A stretch of 36,593 nucleotides of DNA from an uncultured Tannerella sp. (GTDB lineage Bacteria; Bacteroidota; Bacteroidia; Bacteroidales; Tannerellaceae), in assembly GCA_938036405.1 (NCBI GenBank), contig CALHPT010000370.1, positions 1 through 36,593 on the forward strand. Reading direction: 5' to 3'. The number at the start of each line of letters is the position of its first letter. The first letter of the stretch is position 1. Below the pieces are notes generated by a model, which worked only from the letters and a program-made list of their open reading frames with translations, was not told where the DNA came from and made no database searches. The position numbers and the translations under genes are program-made. Of the stretch, positions 8,693 to 18,503 are shown piece by piece.

Positions 8693-8710
8693 GCATGCAT
8701 GCGCCAAACC

Positions 8711-9715
8711 TTACTTGTACACCCGTTTGAGGGTCTCGAGGTCTTCGAGGCCGTGGCGGAGGATGATCTTGTCGACAAACGCGCGGAGGAAGCCGAGTCC
8801 GTAGCCGTAGATCTGGATCAGCGAGGCGACGACAGCGCGCAGGGCGATGCTGAGGCTGCGGGTCTTGATGAGAGCGTCGACGAGGAGCAACACGAGGTAA
8901 AAGGCGGGCAGGAGCAACCACCACGGCGACAGCAGGACGGCGCACACGAGGACGCCGACGCTGCCGAGCACGAACACGGCGGGGAGCGTGTGGACGGCCT
9001 TCAGCGAGTCGGGGTAGAGCTTGAAGAGGTTGATGCGCGCCTGACCGAAGATGTGCACCTGGCGGAAGAACTTGCGGAGGTTGCCGCGGCGCTTATGGTA
9101 GACGTAGGCGTCGCGGTAGAGGCGGGTGGTGAAGCCGGCCTGGTGGATGCGGAGGCTGAGGTCAATGTCCTCGCCATACATGTCTTTGAAGCCGCCCACG
9201 CGCTCGTACACCTCACGCGAAAAACCCATGTTGAAGGTGCGGGGCTTGAACTTCTCCAGGTTGGTGCGGCCGCCGCGTATGCCGCCCGTGGTCCAGAAGG
9301 AGGTCATGGCGTAGCTGATGGCCTTCTGCGTGGGGGTGAAGCTGGGGTGCTCGCGGTCGGGGCCGCCGAAGCAGTCGGCCGGCTCGGTGGCGAGGTAGCG
9401 GCGGACGGTGGCGAAGTAGTCCGGCGGGATGATGCAGTCGGAGTCGAAGAAGATGAGATAGGCACCGTGGGAGGCACGCATCCCGACGTTGCGCGAGTCG
9501 CTGCGGCCGGTGTTGGGCTTGACGATGTAGTGGATCGTGAGGCGGGAGCGGAAGGCTTCCACCTCGGCCCCGCAGGGCCGGGTGGATCCATCCTCGACGA
9601 GCACCAGCTCAAAGTCCCTGTCGGTCTGCGCGGCGAGGCTTTCGAGCAACTCGTGGGCCTCGTCCGGGCGGTTGTAGATGGGGACAATGATGGAGAAAAA
9701 GGGTGTCGCGTTCAT
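8711..9715 (-). CDS. glycosyltransferase family 2 with C-terminal TM helices
   Basis: FSIIVPIYNR, VEDGS, FFDSD, GEDIDL; the start (MNATPFF) overlaps the dpp7 stop. Confidence 0.92.
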   Translation of the reverse strand: MNATPFFSIIVPIYNRPDEAHELLESLAAQTDRDFELVLVEDGSTRPCGAEVEAFRSRLTIHYIVKPNTGRSDSRNVGMRASHGAYLIFFDSDCIIPPDYFATVRRYLATEPADCFGGPDREHPSFTPTQKAISYAMTSFWTTGGIRGGRTNLEKFKPRTFNMGFSREVYERVGGFKDMYGEDIDLSLRIHQAGFTTRLYRDAYVYHKRRGNLRKFFRQVHIFGQARINLFKLYPDSLKAVHTLPAVFVLGSVGVLVCAVLLSPWWLLLPAFYLVLLLVDALIKTRSLSIALRAVVASLIQIYGYGLGFLRAFVDKIILRHGLEDLETLKRVYK

Positions 9716-11862
9716 TTTACCAGCTTGAGTTCTTGGATCAGGCGCGGGCATTTCCCCCAGCGGTCGATCACCCAAAGGACGTAGCGGATGTCGACGCTGA
9801 TGGTGCGTTGCAGGTCGGGTTCGAAGGCGATGTCGCCGCTCATGGCCTCCCAGTTGCCGTCGAAGGCGAGTCCGATGACGCGCGCGTTACGGTCGAAGAC
9901 GGGGCTGCCGGAGTTGCCGCCCGTGATGTCGTTGTTCGAGAGGAAGCAGAGTTGCAGATCGCCCTGCGGGTTAGCGTATGAGCCGAAGTCGCGGTTGCGA
10001 ACGAGGCTGAGGATCTCGGGTTGCACGTAGAACTCGTGGCTCGTCGGATCTTGCTTCTCCAGGATGCCGCGGTGGGTGGTGAAGTAGTTATACTGGACGG
10101 CGTCGCGGGGCTGATAGCCGCCGATGGAGCCGTAGCTGGCGCGCATGGTGAAGTTGGCGTCGGAGTAGAAGGTGCGCTCCGGGTGCATCTTTTGCAGGCC
10201 TTCGAAGTAGAGGCGTTCGCCGCGCTCGATATCCTTTTCAGAGTCGGAGAGCAGCTGTCGCACGGACAACAGCGCCATGATGGCGGAATGAGAGAGCTCG
10301 GCGGCGGGATCCTTCTTCATCACCGTCTTGTAGTGTTTCTTGTCCTTGAGCAGAGCGGCCACTTTCTCGGGCGAGGTGAAGACGGTGCGCTTGAAGAGGT
10401 CGTTGGCGTAGCGCTCATAGTCGCCTTTGTACTTCTTATCGATCGTCTTGTAGATCTCCGGGAGGTATTCAGCCGGCACGCGCTCTTTGACTACGCGCAG
10501 CATGACGGGCAACACCTGACGGTCGAGGTCCGGCTCATAGTCTTTGTAGAAGTTGTGCAGGCTGCCGTTGATCCAGTCGTCGATCTCTTCGGGCGTGCTC
10601 TTCTCTACGTCGATGCTGTTGATCATGCGCGCCAGGCGGACGATCTCTGTGCCGTTGATGAAAGCCTCCATGAGGTAGGTCGCCGTGTTGGTGTACTGAT
10701 CTGATTGCGTGTAGCCCTTCTCGAGCAGCTTGAGCACGTCGCCGTAGCGCGCCTGACGTTCGGGCGACTGGGCTACCCATGCGGCGAAGGCGGCCTCTTC
10801 GGCCCGTTTGCGGGCGATGACGTCGAGGTTGGCCAGGCCGCGGTTCATACCGATGGAGTTCTTCCAATAGTTGGAGCTGCCGGCATACTTCGAGGCGTAC
10901 TTGATGCGTACGGCGTCGCTGGCTTGCATGGCTTTGCGCCAGATGTCTTGCTTGAGGCCTCGCACTTCGATGCGCGGCTTGTTCGAGTTCTCGATGCGTT
11001 GGTTGACGCCCCAAGAGGAGAGGTAGCGGTCGGTGCTACCGGGGAAGCCGATGGTCATCGCGTAATCCTTCTCGCCGTAACCCTGGAGGGAGACTTCGGC
11101 CACGTAGCGCGGGTGATAGGGCTTGTTGTCGGCGTTGTAGTCGGCCGGCTTATTGTCGGCGCCGGCGTAGACACGGAAGACGGAGAAGTCGCACGTGTGG
11201 CGTGTCCACATCCAGTTGTCCGTATCGCCGCCGAACTTACCGAGCGACGTGGGCGGAGCGAAGACGAGTCGGACGTCGCGGAAGACGTCGTAGACGACGA
11301 GGAAGTACTTGTTGTTGTTATAGAAGGGCAGCACCTCGGCGTTGGTGAACTTGTCGCCCTTGGATACAGAGTCGGCGATGGCACGGGCGATGGAGTCGGC
11401 TGTGCTGATGCGATCAAACTCGTCGGTGATGCCTTCGAGCTGCGGCATGATACGGTCGGTGAGGTCGACCGTCTCGCGCAGGTACTGCACTTTGAGACCT
11501 TCGACGGGCAGCTCTTCCTTGAAGTTTTGCGACACGAAGCCGTTCTTCAGATAGTCGTGCTTCACGCTGCTGAGCTTCTGGATGGAGCCGTAGCCGCAAT
11601 GGTGGTTGGTGAAGATGAGCCCCTCGTCGGAGACGGTGATGCCGGAGCATCCGCCGCCGAAGATGACGACGGCGTTGGCTACGCAAGGGTTCGTCTCGCT
11701 GTAGAAGGTTTCGAAGGGCACATTAAGGCCCAGTTCCTGCATGCGTGCGATGTTTTGTTTGTTCAATTCTTTCAGCACCCACATGCCTTCGTCGGCGTGG
11801 GCGCCTGCGGCGAGCAGCAGTAGGGCTGCCGCTACGGCGGTGATCTTGTTTGTTCGTGTCAT
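9712..11862 (-). CDS. dpp7: S46 family dipeptidyl-peptidase, DPP7 type
   Basis: Signal peptide then DEGMW; TNHHC, DNWMW, TGGNSGSPV; the Gly in NWEAMSGDI indicates DPP7 rather than DPP11. Confidence 0.9.
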   Translation of the reverse strand: MTRTNKITAVAAALLLLAAGAHADEGMWVLKELNKQNIARMQELGLNVPFETFYSETNPCVANAVVIFGGGCSGITVSDEGLIFTNHHCGYGSIQKLSSVKHDYLKNGFVSQNFKEELPVEGLKVQYLRETVDLTDRIMPQLEGITDEFDRISTADSIARAIADSVSKGDKFTNAEVLPFYNNNKYFLVVYDVFRDVRLVFAPPTSLGKFGGDTDNWMWTRHTCDFSVFRVYAGADNKPADYNADNKPYHPRYVAEVSLQGYGEKDYAMTIGFPGSTDRYLSSWGVNQRIENSNKPRIEVRGLKQDIWRKAMQASDAVRIKYASKYAGSSNYWKNSIGMNRGLANLDVIARKRAEEAAFAAWVAQSPERQARYGDVLKLLEKGYTQSDQYTNTATYLMEAFINGTEIVRLARMINSIDVEKSTPEEIDDWINGSLHNFYKDYEPDLDRQVLPVMLRVVKERVPAEYLPEIYKTIDKKYKGDYERYANDLFKRTVFTSPEKVAALLKDKKHYKTVMKKDPAAELSHSAIMALLSVRQLLSDSEKDIERGERLYFEGLQKMHPERTFYSDANFTMRASYGSIGGYQPRDAVQYNYFTTHRGILEKQDPTSHEFYVQPEILSLVRNRDFGSYANPQGDLQLCFLSNNDITGGNSGSPVFDRNARVIGLAFDGNWEAMSGDIAFEPDLQRTISVDIRYVLWVIDRWGKCPRLIQELKLVK

Positions 11863-11881
11863 GTTTATATGAGTTATTATA

Positions 11882-12079
11882 AGTAGTTGCGGCCTTGCGG
11901 CCGGGTAGTTATGCACCTTCGACGCGGTTGTAAGAAAATAGTTACGGCCTTCGGCCGGATAGTTGAGGTAGTTAGAAGACTACTTCTGACTACCGCGCCA
12001 AAGGCGCATAACTACCTCTAAACTACTGGGCGCACCGCAGTGCGCACCTACTACCGTGGCCGAAAGGCCGCATGGCTAC
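11882..12079. repeat. REP/BIME-like mosaic of GTAG/CTAC-flanked GC hairpins in inverted arrangement
   Basis: GTAGTTGCGGCCTTGCGGCC, GTAGTTATGCACCTTCGACGC and TAGTTACGGCCTTCGGCCG on the left; GCGCCAAAGGCGCATAACTAC and GGCCGAAAGGCCGCATGGCTAC on the right. Confidence 0.75.
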
Positions 12080-13437
12080 CGGTCAATGATCAGTTTGATA
12101 TTCTTCTCTTCGGTGCGAGCGGCCATCCACTGCGAGAGCTTGCGTTGCTCGTCGGGGGTGAGCGCCTTTTTCGCTTTAACGTAAACCAAAAGCACGGTAT
12201 CCGGCTTGTCTTCCGCGGTGTTGGCGATGATGGTCGGTGAGCAGGAGAGCTTTTCGATCTGCGGATAGAGCACACGCAGCTCGGGCGTGAGCGAGAGGGC
12301 CAGGTGGGAGGCTCGGCGATAACGATCCACGGTGTGCTTGAGCGAATCGATCTGCATAGCCTGCGCTTGGATAAGCTCCTCGTTGTTCTTGTAGAGATCC
12401 TTCATCAGCACGCTCTTCAGCTCATTGATGTCTACGTCGCTGCCATTGAATCCCTGACGGACGGTAAGGCCGATGCCACCGAGGCCATAGTCCCTCATAC
12501 GGGCGCGGGCGGCTTCGATCATCATGTCGGGCACTTCGTCACCGAGCAAGACGACGTTGAGCGCTTTGCGTCCTGCGGTGTCGACAGCGACGGTTCGGCT
12601 GAGGACTTGCGTGTTGGGGAAGTCCAGCTCTTTGTTGACGAACGACTTTACCTGCTCCTCGAAGACGGTCGTGCGGAGGACGCGATAGGTGAGGTAAAGG
12701 CTGGGGATGATGGTGCAGGTGACGATGATCATCATGTAGCGGCGGACGGTCTGCTCTCGCTTCTTGTCGAGGAACTCCTTATGCGGATACTTCAGCACCC
12801 GCACCACGATGTAGGTGGAGAGGCTGATGAAGACCGTATTGATGAAATAGAGGTAGAAGGCGCCGAGGAAGTAGCTCAAGTTGCCCGTCGCCAAGCCGAA
12901 TCCGGCGGTGCAGAGGGGCGGCATGAGGGCGGTGGCGATGGCCACGCCGGGGATGACGTTACCCTTCGACTTGGTGGAGCCGGCCACGATGCCGGCCAAG
13001 CCGCCGAAGAAGGCGATGAGCACGTCGTAGATGGTCGGAGAGGTACGCGCCAGCAGCTCGCTCTGTGCCTCGCTGATGGGCGAGATGAGGAAGTAAATGG
13101 TGGCCGTAACGACGCTGAAGAGCGTTGCCGTAAGGTAGTTGCGCAGGGAGCGCTTAACCAGGTCGAAGTCGGTGATGCCGAGGCCCAGCCCGAAGCCCAT
13201 GATGGGGCCCATGAGCGGGGAGATAAGCATGGCGCCAATGATGACGGCCGTGGAGTTGGTGTTCAGCCCGAGCGAAGCCAAGAAGATGGCGAAGATGAGG
13301 ACCCAGAGGTTGGTGCCGCGAAACACGACGCCTTTTTTCAGCGATTCGATCGTTTCTTCTTCGTCTTCTTTCTCTTGTCGCAGATCAAAGTGGCGCGTCA
13401 AGAAGAACTTGACTTGTTGCAGTAAGGGGGTTTCCAT
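12076..13437 (-). CDS. TIGR00341/DUF389 family membrane protein
   Basis: ASLGLNTNSTAVIIGAMLISPLMGPI and IPGVAIATALMPPL. Confidence 0.9.
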   Translation of the reverse strand: METPLLQQVKFFLTRHFDLRQEKEDEEETIESLKKGVVFRGTNLWVLIFAIFLASLGLNTNSTAVIIGAMLISPLMGPIMGFGLGLGITDFDLVKRSLRNYLTATLFSVVTATIYFLISPISEAQSELLARTSPTIYDVLIAFFGGLAGIVAGSTKSKGNVIPGVAIATALMPPLCTAGFGLATGNLSYFLGAFYLYFINTVFISLSTYIVVRVLKYPHKEFLDKKREQTVRRYMMIIVTCTIIPSLYLTYRVLRTTVFEEQVKSFVNKELDFPNTQVLSRTVAVDTAGRKALNVVLLGDEVPDMMIEAARARMRDYGLGGIGLTVRQGFNGSDVDINELKSVLMKDLYKNNEELIQAQAMQIDSLKHTVDRYRRASHLALSLTPELRVLYPQIEKLSCSPTIIANTAEDKPDTVLLVYVKAKKALTPDEQRKLSQWMAARTEEKNIKLIIDR

Positions 13438-13500
13438 TGTTGAACTTAATTACGTGTGATAATAACTATGTAGTGATGAATTCTATCTCTGTGAATGAAG

Positions 13501-13643
13501 GCCAATCGAGTACTTGTTTGAGGCTGCGCACACTGCGCGGAGCCAATCGAGTGCTTGTTTGAGGCTGCGCACACTGCGCGGAGCCAATCGAGTACTTGTT
13601 TGAGGCCGCGCACACTGCGCGAAGCAATCGAGCGCTTGATTGG
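13501..13643. repeat. 41-bp tandem array (3.5 units)
   Basis: GCCAATCGAGTACTTGTTTGAGGCTGCGCACACTGCGCGGA at 13501, 13542 and 13583, plus a partial copy at about 13624. Confidence 0.95.
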
Positions 13644-13661
13644 GGTCGCCGTGATAAGGCT

Positions 13662-15164
13662 TCATGCCGCCTTCCTCCTTCCATGAATCAACGGCAGCTC
13701 GGAGAGCGGCAGGTCGCGTTTGATGATAATGCCGACGAAAACAAGCAGGAGCGCGGTGCGGTAGGCCATTCGCCAGACCGTGTTGTCGATCTCTGGCCAC
13801 ATGCCTGCGGCGAAGAAGGCCGCGGCGAGCAGGGTGTAGAAGGCGGCCGAACGGAGGTCGTACGGCACGGGGTAATAGCGCCGCCCGACGAGGTAAGAGA
13901 GCACCATCATCAGCAGATTGCTGGCAAACGAGGCCCAGGCGCAGGCCATGAAGCCGTAGTGGGGCACGAAGAGCACGATGACGGCTACGGTCATCACGCA
14001 CCCGGCCGTAGAGAAGTAGGCGCCCCACTGGGTGCGGTCGGTCAGCTTGTACCACACCGAGAGGTTGAAGTAGATGCCGAAAAACAGCTCCCCGAGCATG
14101 ACGATGGGCACGACGCTGAGGCCGGCGTAGTAGCGGGCGTCGACGTAGTGCTTGAGCAGGTCGAGGTAGAAGGTGACGCCGAGGAAGATGACCCACGAAA
14201 AGATGATGAAGTAACGCATCGCCTCGACGTACGAGCGGCGGTTGTCGGCGTCGCGGGTCTTGGCGAAGACGAAGGGCTCGTAGGCGTAGCGGAAGGCTTG
14301 GATGAACATGACCATCACGACGGCGATCTTGAAGCAGGCGCCGTAGATGCCCAGCTGCGCGTCGGCCTCGGCCTTGTCGGCAAAGAGGAAGGGGAAGAGG
14401 ATCTTGTCGGCCGTCTGATTGAAGATGCCGGCGATGCTCAGGATCAGGATCGGGAAGGAGTAGGCCAGCATCTGTCGGAGGCGCGCCGCGTCGGGTCGGG
14501 CGCGGAGGCCGGGCATCATGTCGGGCAGCAGCATGAGCAGCGTGGTGGCGGTGGTAAAGACGTTGGTCAGGAAGATGTATCCGATGCCGTAGCCCGGCCG
14601 ATAGAACCACGCAATCCACTCGGGGTGCGACTCGTTCAGCTGCGGACAGACGACAAGGAAGAAGATGTTCAGCACAATGTTGAGGAAGATGTTGGCCAGT
14701 TTGATGGCGGCAAATCGCACGGCTTTGTTGCGGTATCTGAGGTAGGCGAAGGGCAGGCAGCAGAAGGCGTCGACGGCCACAATGCCGGCCATCATGCCCA
14801 CGTATTCCGGGTGCTCGGCGTAGCCCAACGCGCCACTGATCGGCCCAAGTAACATCCACGCCGCCACCATGAAGAGGGCCGACGTGAAGCCCACGCTATA
14901 AAGCGCCGTGGCATAGACGCGCATCGGTTCGCGCTCCTCCGGCTTATTGACGAAGCGGAAGAAGCCCGTCTCCATGCCATACGTCAGGATGACGAGCAGC
15001 AGTGCCGTCCATCCGTAGAGGTTCGTCACCACGCCAAACTCATTCGTGTTCGCCAGCACCCGCGTGTACATCGGCACCAGCATCCAATTCAGGAAACGCC
15101 CCACGATGCTGCTCAGCCCGTAGATCGCTGTCTCCTTCGCTAACCGTTTCATTCCTCCGGCCAT
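13662..15164 (-). CDS. oligosaccharide/polysaccharide flippase (Wzx/MOP family)
   Basis: MKRLAKETAIYGLSSIVGRFLN, TYGMETGFFRF, QAFRYAYEPF; about 12-14 TM segments. Confidence 0.9.
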   Translation of the reverse strand: MAGGMKRLAKETAIYGLSSIVGRFLNWMLVPMYTRVLANTNEFGVVTNLYGWTALLLVILTYGMETGFFRFVNKPEEREPMRVYATALYSVGFTSALFMVAAWMLLGPISGALGYAEHPEYVGMMAGIVAVDAFCCLPFAYLRYRNKAVRFAAIKLANIFLNIVLNIFFLVVCPQLNESHPEWIAWFYRPGYGIGYIFLTNVFTTATTLLMLLPDMMPGLRARPDAARLRQMLAYSFPILILSIAGIFNQTADKILFPFLFADKAEADAQLGIYGACFKIAVVMVMFIQAFRYAYEPFVFAKTRDADNRRSYVEAMRYFIIFSWVIFLGVTFYLDLLKHYVDARYYAGLSVVPIVMLGELFFGIYFNLSVWYKLTDRTQWGAYFSTAGCVMTVAVIVLFVPHYGFMACAWASFASNLLMMVLSYLVGRRYYPVPYDLRSAAFYTLLAAAFFAAGMWPEIDNTVWRMAYRTALLLVFVGIIIKRDLPLSELPLIHGRRKAA

Positions 15165-15198
15165 AATCTCATTCAACTAACAACTAAAATCAATCAAG

Positions 15199-15324
15199 TG
15201 CCAGGCCAACTTAGCCGGCGGCCTCTACCGAGTCAGGGAAGTTTGCCGGGTACCAGACCAACTTGTCCGGCAGCCTCTACCGAGGCAGGAAAGTTTGCCG
15301 GGTACCAGGCCAACTTGGCCGGCA
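15199..15324. repeat. 52-bp tandem array (about 2.4 units) with dyads centred on GGTACC
   Basis: CCAGGCCAACTT.GCCGGC.GCCTCTACCGAG.CAGG.AAGTTTGCCGGGTA repeated at 15201, 15253 and 15305. Confidence 0.9.
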
Positions 15325-15334
15325 CCCCTGGTGC

Positions 15335-15408
15335 CTTGACTTTCTTTTGCTCCTTTTCTTGTGTCAAGACAAGAAAAGGAGATAGGGGTTCAGGAGCAAC
15401 GCCCCTGA
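15335..15408. other. intrastrand triplex/pseudoknot-forming element followed by a GC hairpin
   Basis: CTTGAC-TTTCTTTTG-CTCCTTTTCTTGT[GTCAAG]ACAAGAAAAGGAG, then TCAGGAGCAACGCCCCTGA. Confidence 0.65.
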
Positions 15409-16434
15409 TCAAAACAGCGAGCCCTGCGACGGCGTCGGCACCTTACCCAGATGCTCATACGCCAGTTGCGTCACCTCCCGTCCGCGCGGCGTACGCTTCA
15501 GGAAACCCTCTTGAATCAGGAACGGCTCATAGACCTCCTCCAGCGTGCCCGGATCCTCTCCGAGCGCCGTGGCGATCGTTGTCAGCCCCACCGGTCCGCC
15601 GTTAAACTTGTCGATGAGCAAGTTCAGGATCTTGTTATCGATCAAGTCCAGTCCGTAACGGTCGATGTGGAGCGCCTCGAGTGCATAGCAGGCGATCTCG
15701 CGATCTACGCGGCCCGATCCCTTCACCTGCGCAAAGTCGCGCACCCGGCGCAGTAGCGCGTTGGCGATGCGGGGCGTACCCCGACTGCGTCCGGCGATCT
15801 CCTTCGCCGCATCCGTGTCGCAGCCCACGCCGAGGATGTCCGCACTGCGATGGATGATGCGCGTGAGCGTCGCCGTGTCGTAATACTCCAAGTGCATGTT
15901 GATGCCGAAGCGTGCCCGGAGCGGTCCTGTCAGCAATCCGCTGCGCGTCGTGGCGCCGACGAGCGTGAAGGGCGCCAGGTCGATCTGTATCGAGCGCGCG
16001 CTGGGCCCCTTGTCGATCAAGATGTCGATGCGGTAATCCTCCATCGCCGAGTAGAGATACTCCTCTACGATGGGGCTGAGGCGGTGGATCTCGTCAATGA
16101 AGAGCACGTCGTTTTTCTCGAGCGACGTCAGCAGTCCGGCCAGGTCGCCCGGCTTGTCGAGCACCGGCCCAGACGTCACCTTGAAGCCCACGCTCAGCTC
16201 GTTGGCGATGATGTTCGAGAGCGTCGTCTTGCCCAAGCCCGGAGGGCCGTGCAGCAGCACATGGTCGAGCGCCTCTTGACGCATGCGAGCGGCCATGACG
16301 AACACCTTCAGGTTCTCCACCACCTCGCGTTGGCCGCTGAAGCTGTCGAACGAGAGGGGGCGCAGGGCGTTCTCATAGTCGCGCTCCGTCTCCGGCGTTG
16401 TGCCGGCAGCCTTGCGTATGTCGAATTCAGCCAT
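15409..16434 (-). CDS. ruvB: Holliday junction branch migration helicase RuvB
   Basis: [57 protein letters not shown]; start MAEFDIRK. Confidence 0.98.
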   Translation of the reverse strand: MAEFDIRKAAGTTPETERDYENALRPLSFDSFSGQREVVENLKVFVMAARMRQEALDHVLLHGPPGLGKTTLSNIIANELSVGFKVTSGPVLDKPGDLAGLLTSLEKNDVLFIDEIHRLSPIVEEYLYSAMEDYRIDILIDKGPSARSIQIDLAPFTLVGATTRSGLLTGPLRARFGINMHLEYYDTATLTRIIHRSADILGVGCDTDAAKEIAGRSRGTPRIANALLRRVRDFAQVKGSGRVDREIACYALEALHIDRYGLDLIDNKILNLLIDKFNGGPVGLTTIATALGEDPGTLEEVYEPFLIQEGFLKRTPRGREVTQLAYEHLGKVPTPSQGSLF

Positions 16435-16444
16435 AGGTGTGTGA

Positions 16445-16866
16445 GTTACGAGTGATGAGTTACAAGTTACGAGTGGGGCGGGGTTCCCGCAAGAGCCGCA
16501 AGTGTACCTGCGAGTCTCGCGGCGTTTGTCGGGACGTTTGCGCAGCCTGCGCAAGTCTTGCGGCGTTTGCCGAGACGTTTGCGCAGCCCGCGCAAGTCTT
16601 GTGGCGTTTGCCGGGGCGTTTGCGCAGCCCGCGCAAGTCTTGCGGCGTTTGCCGGGACGTTTGCGCAGCCTGCGCAAGTCTTGCGGCGTTTGCCGGGGCG
16701 TTTGCGCAGCCTGCGCAAGTCTCGCGGTGTTTGCCGGGACGTTTGCGCAGCCTGCGCCGGGTCTCGCGGCATTAACAGAAAAAAGAGGGAGAACCGACCC
16801 GATCTGGAGCGGCTCCCTCTCTCTCTTGCTTCGGTTACTTGCAACTCGTAACTCGTCACTTACAAC
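16445..16866. repeat. composite element: inverted heptamer (GAGTTAC) arms enclosing a 41-bp tandem array (about 6.3 units, 16507-16770) and a hairpin
   Basis: AGTCT registers at 16513, 16554, 16595, 16636, 16677 and 16718; arms 16445-16474 and 16837-16866 are reverse-complementary (23/30). Confidence 0.9.
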
Positions 16867-16867
16867 C

Positions 16868-18349
16868 TTAGAACTTTACGTTCCGCATGTCGCCCGTTTC
16901 GATGAACGCCCGATGGAAGGCGAAGCAAGCGTCGAGGCTCTGCGGTGTGTGACCCTTGACGCCGCGGTCGAGGTAGGCGTGCAGCAGCGGACGGTACTCG
17001 GGATGTGCGCAACGCTCGATGATCTCGCGGGCACGCTGCACGGGCGACTTGCCGCGCAGGTCGGCCACGCCGTATTCGGAGATGATCACCTTCACCGAGT
17101 GCTCGCTGTGATCCATGTGCGACACCATCGGCACGAACGAGCTGATCTTGCCATCCTTCGCCGTCGAAGGCGTGGTGAAGATCGAAACGTAGCCCGAGCG
17201 CGTAAAGTCGCCCGATCCGCCGATGCCGTTCATCATCTTCGTGCCCAGTACGTGCGTCGAGTTGACGTTGCCGAAGATGTCGGCCTCCAGTGCGGTGTTG
17301 ATCGTGATCACTCCGAGTCGGCGCACCACCTCGGGGTTGTTCGAGATCTCCTGCGGACGCAGCAGCAGCTTGTCCTTGAAGAAGTCCAGACGGGAGTAGA
17401 TCTCGCGCAGCGCCTCATGACTTACGCTCAGCGAGCAGCCGCTGGCGAACGTCACGCGACCTTGATCCATGAGCTTGATCACGGCGTCCTGAATCACTTC
17501 CGTGTAGACCGTGAAGGGCGGGATAGCCTCGTTTTCACCCATGCAACCGAGCACCGCGTTGGCAACGTTGCCCACGCCACTTTGCAGCGGCAGGAACGAC
17601 TTCGGCAGACGGCCCGCCTTCATTTCGCCCACGAGGAAGTCCGACACGTTGCGGCCGATGGCCAGCGTGACGTCGTCTAACGGGGCAAACTTGCTACCGT
17701 CCGGCTCGCAGGTCGTCTCCACCACGCCGACGATCTTCTTCGGGTCGACCTTGACGAAGGATTGGCCGATGCGATCCGACGGCTTGTAGACGGGGATCTC
17801 GCGGCGCATGGGCGGATCTTCGGGCTCATAGATGTCGTGGATGCCGCGCAGTTCCTTCGGGTGGAAGCGGTTCAGCTCGATGAGGATCTTGTCCGCCAGA
17901 CGGCAGATGGTCGGCAGGATGCCCACGCCCTCGGCGGGAACGATCTCGCCGTCTTCCGTCACGTCGACGGCCTCAACGATGGCCACGTCTACGCGGCCGA
18001 GGAAGCCGTAACGCAACGACTGCGCCAGCTCCGAGAGGTGCATGTCGAAATACTCTGCGCCGTGGGCATTGAGCAGCGTGCGCATGTCTTTGTTCGATTG
18101 GTAGGGGGTGCGGAATTTCACAGCCTCGGCGCGCGCCAATGCACCGTCCAAGTGGTCGCCGGTAGAGGCGCCGGTGAACATTCCGATTTTGAAGGGCCGT
18201 CCCTCCTTGTGTTCTTGTTCTGCCCGTCGCGCGATGGCTTCGGGGATGACCTTCGGACAGCCCGCAGGCGTAAATCCGCTAAATCCGACGTTGTCGTCGT
18301 GTTTCACATAAGTGGCGGCTTCTTCCGCCGTGATGAATTTCAGTGACAT
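16868..18349 (-). CDS. succinate CoA-transferase / acetyl-CoA hydrolase (ScpC/YgfH family)
   Basis: [53 protein letters not shown]. Confidence 0.93.
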   Translation of the reverse strand: MSLKFITAEEAATYVKHDDNVGFSGFTPAGCPKVIPEAIARRAEQEHKEGRPFKIGMFTGASTGDHLDGALARAEAVKFRTPYQSNKDMRTLLNAHGAEYFDMHLSELAQSLRYGFLGRVDVAIVEAVDVTEDGEIVPAEGVGILPTICRLADKILIELNRFHPKELRGIHDIYEPEDPPMRREIPVYKPSDRIGQSFVKVDPKKIVGVVETTCEPDGSKFAPLDDVTLAIGRNVSDFLVGEMKAGRLPKSFLPLQSGVGNVANAVLGCMGENEAIPPFTVYTEVIQDAVIKLMDQGRVTFASGCSLSVSHEALREIYSRLDFFKDKLLLRPQEISNNPEVVRRLGVITINTALEADIFGNVNSTHVLGTKMMNGIGGSGDFTRSGYVSIFTTPSTAKDGKISSFVPMVSHMDHSEHSVKVIISEYGVADLRGKSPVQRAREIIERCAHPEYRPLLHAYLDRGVKGHTPQSLDACFAFHRAFIETGDMRNVKF

Positions 18350-18387
18350 GATTCTGTTTCTTATTTAAGTAGATGTGTATTTGCGGG

Positions 18388-18395
18388 CAAAGATA
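18388..18395 (-). promoter_or_regulatory. -7 promoter box for the CoA-transferase gene
   Basis: CAAAGATA, which is TATCTTTG on the minus strand, about 40 nt upstream of the ATG. Confidence 0.6.
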
Positions 18396-18503
18396 TGGAT
18401 CGGGAGTAATAAGGGAGGGAGGGCTCCGCACAACTCTTTGCCGGAAGTGCCTTTCCGGGCGAATGGCCCTACACTTGCACCCGTTTTCAATCCCCACACA
18501 GAC

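Noticed and set aside
16435..16677. 81-aa N-terminal extension of RuvB
   Set aside because: It is a translation of the 41-bp array; RuvB homology starts at 16434.
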